NCBI RefSeq assembly: GCF_009914755.1
Contig: NC_060933.1
Source of the DNA: the human T2T-CHM13v2.0 reference genome, Homo sapiens
Direction: 5' to 3' (one strand)
Length of the DNA stretch: 64,000 bases
Shown: positions 51,823 through 64,000 of the stretch, in pieces
Position numbering within the stretch: position 1 is the first letter of the stretch
Layout of the letters: each line of letters starts with the position of its first letter
Translations under genes and position numbers: made by a program
The notes under the pieces: generated by a model
Database searches by the model: none
Told to the model about the DNA's origin: nothing
What the model saw: the letters and a program-made list of their open reading frames with translations, nothing else

Positions 51823-53907
51823 GTGTGAGTTTTAAAGGTGAGGTTTGCCCTCCAGCGCTGGTGCCTGCCAGGTGTGACCTTCACATCATCTTTCCACATG
51901 GTCCAGGTCCCCATCTGCAGAGGCCAACAGTTCCCAGAGTGACCTTCCTCAGAAAACAGGGTCTTGGAGGAGACAGTCAGAGGAGGGGGCCTCGTCCTCC
52001 CCACTGCACAGCCCCTTGTGGGGATTGGAAGTGAGGGTCTCTGCCCACAAGTTGGCAGTCACCCTAAGCTGTTTTGTGGGAGGAAGCATAGGGAATATAG
52101 GTCAGTGCTGGAACAGCATTTCCTGATCCTGACTTGGAGAAGGTGTTAAAATCTTGACATTCCCGACTCCTCCTTTGTGAAAGCCCCTGTCCTGCAGGTC
52201 TCACAGGATTGTGAGGGCCACCTGTGGTGATGGGTTTGGAAGTGCTTTGTGAATGACACAGTGGGCCTTCCTATTCCTGTCATTGGCCTTTCGACCTTCA
52301 ATACTAATTGCCTGGGGATCTCCAGGCCTCAAGGTCTAATCCTGGAAGGGTATGAGATGTCCCTAGTGGAATATTCTACACCTCCTGGGAGGTCTCTCAC
52401 TTCAACCTTCACCTGACATAACCCCTGCTCCTGTTCCTTCAACCTGGAGAGCTTGCCCAGGAGCACAGGGTAGTACTGGACTGACCTCTTTGGAAAGGGT
52501 GATTACATCCTCATTTCAGCTCTCCCTCCTCCTAGCTTTCCACGTAGAAATCCAGGGCTCCATGCAGCATTTGCTGGACATGAGGGGAAAACTTTTAGGG
52601 CAGGGATCTGCCCTGGGTGGGGACAGAGGAGTATCCTGGAGTCTGAGTGTCAGGAGTGTGAGACCTGCCCAGCTGGCCAGCCCCTGTCCCCATGCTGCTC
52701 GATGCATGATGTTTCCTGCACAAGCTTCCTTTAGAGGGAAGCTTCCGGAGTGACTGCAGTGAGGTCCATGCTGTTGGGGGTGACAGAGCAGCCCTGGAGG
52801 CCCTCTGCTCTTACCCTGGCAGGAGGTGGCCAAAAAGAAGCAGGCAGAGGAAGCTTCTCCAACACGCTTGGAAAGAAATTTCCACATATCACTCACGTCA
52901 CTCTTGCCACTAGAAGGAAAATTTCTACAGTGGAGTGGAAGAAAATGACTATGCTGTGGGAGAGAATGGATGCATCCAGAAGAGCAAGGCGGGAGGGAAA
53001 TGTGCCCATTGCCAGAATTTTGTGTCTTTTGAAGACATTTGCCAGAATTCTACTTTTGAAGGCTGCCCCTTTTGACATTCAGTTACTGAGGAAGCTGTGG
53101 GACATTTTCAAAGCCTTTATATTAAAAAAAAACACACAATATACTGCTGTGGGTCTGTGTTCAGGGACTATGAAGAGCACAGCTGCCACTGTTCTGTGTC
53201 GCAGATGCTGTGGGAAGTGCCTTAACACACAGAGGTTTGCTTCATGCAACCGGGTGAGGAACATCTCTAAAACATTTTACAGTCAAGAAAATTCAGTGTT
53301 CAGGAGGTTGAATGCGTTATCCAAGATCACACATATGTCCTGACAGATTTGGGGTTCAATGAAGAATTATGTATTTTAATTAAGACTTATGTATTTTAAT
53401 TAATAATTATATATTTTAATTTCACATTTTAAATTTCTGCAGTTTTCTTCCATCACTTTTCACCATGCTTTCTACACTTGGAATTACTTTTTTTGGCTTC
53501 TTGATCTTCTTTACTTGTATGTTATTGATTTTCTACAAGTTTTAACATATATGATTAAAGAGTATTTCTCAATGTTTTAATAATTATCCTAGAATAAAAT
53601 ATATTTACTTTGATGTATGCATTGGATATTACAGTGTATTGTGTACATTTTCAAACACTTTGTGTTATACCAGAAGCATTATTCAACAGTGATCATTTTT
53701 TTACCTGAACTATGTTCAGAAAATCTTTCCACCACAGTACAAAAAGATCGACTTCATTTTGTTAACAGATGGATGTGCCATAGTGCAATTAACTGTTTAA
53801 TTATCCTGTTATCCTGTTGTGGATATTTAAGTTCAAACAGTGCAGTAATAAATATGCAAGAGTGCTTTTAGACATTAAACAATATGGCTCTAAATTAGGG
53901 ACCTAGT

Positions 53908-54211
<304 letters not shown>

Positions 54212-54321
54212 TTAGCCAAATTTCTTATGCATTTTGAATGATAAGAGTTGCTGCCTCATTTCTGTTACAAAGGCTATGGTAATTTACACTCAAAACACAG
54301 AATAGGTTGGTTGTTGTCACA

Positions 54322-54589
54322 TATGGAGTCTTACTGTTGCCGAGACTGGAGTGCAGTGGTGTAATCCTAGCTCATTGTAGCCTCCAACGCCTAGGCTCAA
54401 GCAATCCTCTTACCTCAGCCTCCCTCCCAATTAACTAGGATTACAGGTGCATGCCACCACACCCGGCTAATTTTATTCTTAGTTATGGGATCTTGCTATG
54501 TTGCCCAGGCTGGTCTTGAAATCCTGGCCTCAAGGTGACCTCAGCCTCCAGTGTAGCTGACATTACAGGCGTGAGACACTGTACCTGGC
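54322..54589 (-). mobile_element. AluJ-like
   Basis: GGCTCAAGCAATCCTC and TTGCTATGTTGCCCAGGCTGGTCTTGAA motifs. Confidence 0.85.
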
Positions 54590-54783
54590 TGAATGAGTGC
54601 CTCTATCCTGACACTTGTGTCCCCACGGGATCCTGCAGAATTCAGGACCCTGTCCACACAGGGGAAAACTCTCTGTTGGGGTCCTGATGACTGAGGAGGG
54701 AGCTTACCCATGGCTCTCCTGGTCATTTTTATTTAATAGTGAGCACAGAACCTCACATTTTCTGGAATGTTCCCATATGATTT

Positions 54784-55345
54784 TGTGAGAGAAAAGAGAA
54801 TAGAGACCCCAACCCCAAGCTCACTGTGTCAAAGGGAAAATTAAGCTTGGGAACTGAGTTATGCAATACTGCCTTCCTTGTTCTCAAACACATAGCTATA
54901 ACTTCACAACCCTGTGTCATAGCCTCATCCATAAGCCAGGTTCACACAGTGACAGAAGGCCGCATGTCTCCTCAGATGTCCTCCCTCACAATTTGCTGTG
55001 AACCCCTAAATCTTTCAGAATGCACATCCCACCTTAAACTATCCCTAAAAGTGAGTCGGCTCAATTTCACCCTGACAATCTCAATTACCAGCTTATTTTC
55101 ATAGTTCTGGGACAAGGTCAGGACCAGAAATCATCCCTCTGCCTATCCTGAGATGAATGAATCGTTGAGTTTTCCTCTACTCCACTCCCTATATTCACAT
55201 GCTTACTTTATCTTATGTAAAATGGAGATTTACTGAATGTGAGAAGAACGCATAACTGTTTCCTCTGCTCCCTCCTTTCCTATGTAAAATGTAGATATCC
55301 TGATGCTAATCAGAGCCACACAAGAACGCAAGCATTTGCTTCACT
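54784..55345 (+). mobile_element. MER4-group ERV1 LTR (partial)
   Basis: GACCCC...CTCACT...AAAGGGAAAATTAAGCTTGGGAACTG, TTATCTTATGTAAAATG.AGATTTACTGA motifs. Confidence 0.6.
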
Positions 55346-55359
55346 GCCTACCTTCAGTC

Positions 55360-57718
<2,359 letters not shown>

Positions 57719-58111
57719 GAAAAAAGGATGGTTTAAATAAAGGAATGTTCATATAAAATATATATTAATTAGTGCAAACATATTTTATTTGACATGAGTT
57801 AGGTGAATCTTTGATACATTAATTAATTTTAAAATTGTTAAATAAAATTAGAAATATCTTCGAATTTGCCAAGGTATGTTTCTCTCCTGGGATTACTGGT
57901 CAGTTTTATTTTTTCCTTGGATAGACATTTTAAGCCATAAATCTTGACATAGACCTGATGTAGACCTCCATACCTTTCCCAGATGTGGGACAGAGCAACT
58001 GGGACAGGTCCATCCTAGCACTAAGGGATGATTAAACCTAACTTGTAGTCGTTGTACAACTATAAACATGGTTGATGCTTTAAGAGAAAGATCTTGATGG
58101 AAAGGGTTAAA

Positions 58112-58572
58112 TGTGAAAATTGATCATATGAATTGGGTCATTCTTATCACACCAAATGAAACCATCAACGAGCCAGGGGGAGGAGGCATTCAGGACAAAA
58201 ACACCACTCCAAAAGCGTAATTCTCTGCATGCCTGGCTGCTGAAATTACCTGCTTTAAGCTGAAACCAGTTTTATCAAATGGCTACTGAAACAACCTCTT
58301 GAACACTAAGACTAGCTTTACCCACCACTGTCCCTCACCTATCAGAGCCTGCCAGCTCTCAAAAACTTTACTGGTGCCAGTGAACTTTCTCAAAGAGAAA
58401 TACATACCGTTTTTCTCTCTGTCTCCCTTTTTTATAAAACCTCTAACTTTCTCTTTATGTTTTGTACATACTAAAGACACCCATTCTGCATGTATGTGTG
58501 AAGTTGTAATACTTGTATCTCAAATAAAACATTTTAATTTCAGATGTTTGTCTATATTTATTTGACTTTGAC
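58112..58572 (+). mobile_element. ERV1 LTR, MER34-like
   Basis: AATTGGGTCATTCTT...GTAATTCTCTGCA.GCCTGGCTGCTGAAA...TGAAACCAGTTTTATC...AAATAAAAC...TTGACTTTGACA. Confidence 0.55.
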
Positions 58573-60108
58573 AATCTGATATTATTTAGCATTATTTCCA
58601 GTCTCCCAAATAATGTCAAAATTTTGTTATGTTAGATAGGAATATCTTGTTATTCAACTTGAAGGTAAACTGCTTGATCAATGCATGTAATTCCTTGACA
58701 GATTGTCAGCACCTCTAAGACAACATGTAGATATTGCTCATTATTAACTCATTTCATCTTTTCATGATAAATTACAAAAATTTAATTTTCATTTTTAAAA
58801 TGCAAACCATTATGCCTTGTATTATGGCATTCTTGCATTACTATAAAGGAATACCTAAGCACTACATAATTTATACTGAAAAAAAAGATTGACTTGGCTC
58901 ACAGTTCTGCAGGCTGTACAGGAAGCTTTGCATTGGCAGTTGCTTGGCTTCAAGAAGGGTCCTCAGGGAGCTTTTACACATGGCAAAAGGTGAAGCAAAA
59001 GAAGGTATGTCACATGGCCAGAGCAGGAGCAAGCAGGGAGAGGTGCCACACACTTTTAAACAGCCAGATGTAATGAGAACTCACTCACTCTTGCAAGGAC
59101 AGTGCCAAGAGGATGGTGTTAAACATGAGAAATCAGCCCTCATGACCGCATCACCTCCCACCAGACCCCAACTCCAACACTGGGAATTACAATTCGACAT
59201 GAGACTTAAAGGGTACAACATCCAAACTATTTCATTCCATCCCTGGCCCTTCAAATCTCGTGTTCTTCTCACATTGCAAAATACAATCATCCCTTCTCAA
59301 TAGTCCCCCAAAAGTCTCAAACTGTTTCGGCATCACTCGAAAGTGCAGTTTCTTCTGAGACAAGGCAAGTCCTTTCCACTGATGCGCCTGTAAAATCAAA
59401 ACAAGTTATTTACTTCTAAGATAAAATTGGGGTACAGGCATTGGGTAAACATTCCCATTACAAAAGAGAGAAATTGGCCAAAAGAAAGGGGCTACAGGCC
59501 CCACACAAGTTCAAATCCCAGCAGGGCAGTCATTAAAACTCGATGTTCCAAAATAATCTGCTTTGAAACCATGTCCCACATCCTGGGAACATAGAGCATT
59601 CCCACGATGCATAAGGTGGGCTCCCAAGGCCTGGGGCTGCTCTGCTCCCACGGCTCTTCTACACTGAAGGCATGAGCTGCTGGTGGCTCTATCATTCTGG
59701 GATCTGGAGGGCAGCGGCCCCCCTCCCACAGCTCCACTAGGCAGCCCCCCTAGTCAGGACCCCGAGTGGGGCCTCCAACCCCACATTTCCACTTGGCACT
59801 GTGCTAGAAGAGGTCCTCTTTGAGAGCTCCAGTGGTGCATAGTCTTCTCCCTGGGCATCCAGCCTTTCTCATACATCCTCTGAAATTTAGGCAGAGAATG
59901 CCAAGCCTCCTTCACTCTTGCACTTTGCTCACCTGCAGGCTTAACACCACATGGAAGCCACCAAGGCTTATAGTTTGCACCCTCTGAAGCCATGACCTGA
60001 GCTCTATCTGCAGCCCTTTGAACCAAGGCTGGAGCTAGAAGGGCCAGGATGCAAGGAACACCCTCCTGGGGGTGGTACAGGACAGTGATGCCCTGGCCCT
60101 GGTCCAAG

Positions 60109-60943
60109 TGGAACAGGAATTAAAAGAAATTAAAGAATGTGTAAGCAGCAACTCAGTTGTATGTGAGAAAACCCAGTTCCCCCTGAGAAAGAGAAAGAGC
60201 TGGAGCCCTTTAAAAATTAACTGCCTGTTTTTCTGTGGCTAGTGAGCTTCATCTCTCCTCCTTTCCCAGGCATTGTGAAGACCCTGTTTCCCTAGCTGTG
60301 CAGCTGCAAGGTCACTAGACAGATAAACTCAAGTCGTAAAACATGTTTTTCCTTGAAAAGTAAGAAATGATATAATGCATGTCTCAATTAATTGAATAAC
60401 TGTCTTTGTTTCTCGCTTCTGTAATATGCTTCCCCCTGCACAGATCTCCCCACTCCCCACCACCCCACAAAATGCTTAAAAGTTAACTTAAGTCTTTGTT
60501 CAGGACTCAGTCCTTTGGTTGTTAATCTGACTGGGCCGGTGCACCTAAATAATAAATATCCTCCTCAACCCCATCAGTCTCTCTGATTCCTTAAAAAATC
60601 CCGCTACAGCCTGGGCACGGTGGCTCACGCCTGTAATCCCAGCACTTTGGGAGGCTGAGGAGGGCAGATCACGAGGTCAGGAGATTGAGACTATCATGGC
60701 TAAGACAGTGAAAACCCGTCTCTACTAAAAATACAAAAAATTAGCCAGGCATGGTGGCAGTCACCTGTAGTCCCAACTACTTGGGAGGCTGAGACAGGAG
60801 AATGGCATGTCCCGGAATGCAGAGCTTGCAGTGAGCTGAGATTGTGCCACTGCACTCCAGCCTGGGTGACAGAGTGAGGCTCCATCTCAAAATAAATAAA
60901 TAAATAAATAAATTAATTAATTATTTTTTAAAATCCCACTACA
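60109..60943 (+). mobile_element. ERV1 solo LTR (LTR15-like) nested in MST-int
   Basis: TG...CA termini, AATAAA near the 3' end, 4-bp TSD CAAG at 60105-60108 and 60944-60947; family name from memory. Confidence 0.7.
60609..60915 (+). mobile_element. AluY/Sc-like, inserted at the 3' end of the nested LTR
   Basis: TSD AAAATCCC(G/A)CTACA at 60595-60608 and 60930-60943. Confidence 0.93.
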
Positions 60944-62865
60944 CAAGAAACCATTCTTTCATCCTAGACCTCTAGGTCTGTGCTGGGATGAGCTGCTGCA
61001 AAGATTTCTGAAATGCCTTCAAGGCCTTTTTTTAATTGTCTTGGCTATCAGCACCTAGCTCTTTTTCAGTTATGCAAATGTCTCTAATAAGTGGTTGCTC
61101 CACAGCCTGTTTAGATTCTTCCCCTGAAAATGCTTTATCTTCCTTTGCCAAATGGGCAGGCTGCAAATTTTCTATACTTGTATGGTCTGCTTCCCATTGA
61201 ATTGTAAATTCCAACTTTAAGTCATTTTTTTGCTCCTGCATCTGAGTGTTCAAACTTCCTCAGATCCCTAGTACATGAACAGACTGCAGCCAAGTTCTTT
61301 GCAAAGGCATAACAGGCATGACCTTTATTCCAAGTCCCAGTAAGTTCCTCATTTTCATCTGAGACCGCATCAGCCGTCCATATCACTATCAGCATTTTGG
61401 TCACAACCATTTAACTAGCCTCTAAGAAATTCAGAACTTTCCTTCATCTTCCTGTATTAGGAGCCCTCCAAACTCTTCCAACTCCTGCCCATTACCTAGT
61501 TCCAAAATCACTTCCACATTTTCAAGTACCTTTATAGCAATGCTCCATGTCTCAGTACCAATTTTCTGTATTAGGCCATTCTTACATTGCTATAAAGAAA
61601 TACCTGAGACTGGGTAATTTATAAAGAAAAGAGGTTTGAAAAGAGGTTTGTATAGCTGCAGGCTGTACAAACATGATTCTGGCATCTGCCTAGCTCCTGG
61701 TGAGGCCTCAGCAGGCTTTATTCACGGCAGAAGATGAAGAAGGAGCAGGCAGGCACATCACCTGGCAAGGCAGGGGAAGCACCACACACTTTTAAACAAA
61801 TAGATCTTGCAAGAATTCACTCACTATCACAAAGACAGCACCAGGGACAGGATGCTAGACCATTTCTGAGAAATCCACCCCCATGATCCAATCACCTCCC
61901 TCCAGACCTACCACCAACATTGGGGATATCACAATTCAACATGAGATTTAGAGGGAACAACATCTGAGGTATCTCATGCCTCATGTTGTGACTTGGTATA
62001 ATGTCCATAAGATTACACTGACTTTACACATCATATTGCAGTTTTTGCTAGCTCTTCTGTAGTAAGAAAATGGAATTCATCAGCAATGCCTTCTAAGTCT
62101 GGCTCTGTTTTCCCATGCAGACTTTTCCCTGAGCTCTGCTTGTCAGTCTTGCTAGAACCTCACCCTAGGCAGCAACCTCCAGTCTGAGATTGCCCTTGAC
62201 AGTGGCTGAGGTTTGCATTGTTGGAATGGATTAGAAAAAACAAAGGGAAGACAGACCAAAACAGATTTAAATACAGATCCCATTTGTTGAAGTTTTAAGT
62301 AATTTTAAATGTTTATTTGCACCAGCTGCCCACTCCCATTGTACTCTCCTCACCCAAAAAGGTGACTTGATATTCTAGTAAAAAGCCAAACTGTGCTTTA
62401 GAGAAACCCACTTGTTACTTCTTTAAATCCATATTATTTTGCCAAAGTGAATTTTTCTTAATATGCTCTGGCAGAATCAGTAAACTAATTATTTACACCA
62501 GAGTCACTTAACCTTTCCTCTTGGTCATTTGCATGTAAATTATTTTTATATGTATAAAATTTGCTTACTCAAGAAAGCTCTTGCTATATATATATTTTTT
62601 TTCTTTTTGTGGTATCTTAACATACTCTAGTCTTGTCTTGAATTCCTTAAGACTTTGAGGTAAAGAACTCTATTGTAACAAGTTTCCAAATCAAAGTGGG
62701 AAAGAGGAAGATTAGGTTAAGCATTAGGTCATCAGGTATGTAGGACAGCTAATTCCATTATCAGAATGGTAGTGATAGCCAGTTTGCATTTTGTATATTA
62801 GTTGTAACGAAAATATTCAGCATATTAGTGACAAAACCAAAGTTATTGTGAATCAGTTTATAATT

Positions 62866-63149
62866 TATTTTTTGAGATAGGATCTTACTCTGTCACCCAA
62901 GCTCAAGTGCAGAGGCATGATCTTGGCTCACTGAAGCCTCAACCACCTGGGCTCAAGAGATCCTCCCAGCCCAGCCTCCTTAGTATAGGTGAGTGCCACC
63001 ACACCCAGCTATTTTTTCTCTAGTTTTTGTAGAGATTGGGTCTCACTTTGTTGCCAAGGCTGTTCTCAAACTCCTGGGCTCAAGCAATCCTTCTGCCTCA
63101 ACCTCCCAAGTGGTGCTGGGATTACAGGTTTGAGCCACCACACCTGGCC
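62866..63149 (-). mobile_element. AluJ-like
   Basis: CTGGGCTCAAGAGATCCTCCC, CTCAAACTCCTGGGCTCAAGCAATCC. Confidence 0.88.
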
Positions 63150-63736
63150 AGTTTATAATGTTAATGGCTTTTGGAGCAGGAACCAGTGGGTGCTGCTTCT
63201 TGTCTGCAAGATGAGGAGTCTCCTCTCCCCAGAAGTGAGGCATCTTCTACCACAAGGGAGGCTTTGCCCAAACAGTCACCGAAAGGCTGAGATTGGGGAG
63301 AGAACAAAACAGGAGTGAATATGTTCCTGGAACCTAACTGCTCCCCAATTCAATTCTACTGCAGGCATTCAGAATGAAGGGGACATTCAGCTGAAGAACA
63401 GGAGTGCACTGGCTGTTAAAATCTCAGATTGTAAAAACAATTTTGCTTCATTTTCCCTAAATAATTTTTAAACAATTGTTCTTAGGTGATTTTCTAAACT
63501 TCGGGTAATATCTGTGACTTAGTAAATGTTCTTTAAAAGGTGGGATAATATTTTTATTTTGTTTAATTATATGTGTTTTTAAACTAATTTTATAGGAAAA
63601 ATAATTTCTTTCCTTCCCTGTTATACCAAATACAGCCTTTAGCTCAAGACACAAGTAATTCCAGGAAAACTGGAATGTAAGTTCAATATGTTGCACTAAG
63701 TACATTTGAAAGTGCATGCATTTTTATTTTAATTCA

Positions 63737-63966
63737 TCATTCTCAGTCAACTATCGCAAGGACAAAAAACCAAACACCGCATGTTCTCACTTATAGGTGG
63801 GAATTGAACAATGAGAACACATGAACACAGGAAGGGGAACATCACACTCTGGGGGCTGTTGTGGGGTGGGGAGAGCGGGGAGGGATAGCATTAGGAGATA
63901 TGCCTAAGGCTAAATGTCGAGTTAATGGGTGCAGCACACCAGCATGGCACAAGTATACATATGTAA
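63737..63966 (+). mobile_element. Young L1PA 3' fragment (ORF2 end and 3'UTR), no poly-A tail seen
   Basis: CAAACACCGCATGTTCTCACTTATAGGTGGGAATTGAACAATGAGAACAC...GGGAGGGATAGCATTAGGAGATAT. Confidence 0.92.
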
Positions 63967-64000
63967 TGTATACATATGTTAATGCACCAATTCTGCATCA

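Larger units (their letters stand above)
58818..61976 (-). mobile_element. Full-length MST (MSTB/MSTA-like) MaLR element: LTR 58818-59234, internal region, LTR 61567-61976
   Basis: Two TGTATT...TCA LTRs in the same orientation around MST-int; 5-bp TSD TGCCT at 58813-58817 and 61977-61981. Confidence 0.9.

Noticed and set aside
52750-53343. 197-aa ORF on the + strand
   Set aside because: GTG start, no recognisable homology or exon structure, and it runs into MIR-like sequence

Overview
Human/great-ape genomic DNA with no intact protein-coding gene. It reads as a pericentromeric or acrocentric-type segmental-duplication mosaic. (1) 1-22.2 kb is AT-rich and made of old L1M, Alu, THE1/MLT1 MaLR and MER58 elements. 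(2) 22.7-24.6 kb is a CpG island resembling REP522/FAM27, with clustered NRF1, GC-box and YY1 motifs. (3) 24.6-30.5 kb is a gamma-satellite (GSATII-like) array of about 27 units of ~195/~215 bp, with a ~490-bp subtelomeric TAR1 piece inserted in register. (4) 30.5-39.8 kb is a ~9.3-kb degenerate 18/19-bp satellite built on GATGTCCACCTGGGGCCT (E2-box CACCTG core). It flips orientation at ~37.14 kb, has a small internal inversion, and carries an MST solo LTR. (5) 40.6-41.8 kb is a two-exon CDRT15/C2orf27-like pseudogene whose exon 1 contains a copy of the satellite monomer. (6) 49.9-50.9 kb holds two dead exons of a TBC1D3/TBC1D26-like pseudogene. (7) 51.5-64 kb is rich in LTRs, L1 and Alu, including a full-length MST element with a nested LTR and Alu. 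The most unusual part is the 22.7-41.8 kb block: promoter, gamma satellite with TAR1, inverted E-box array, then CDRT15P. Family names come from recalled consensus sequences, not database searches, and the chromosome cannot be fixed from the sequence alone.
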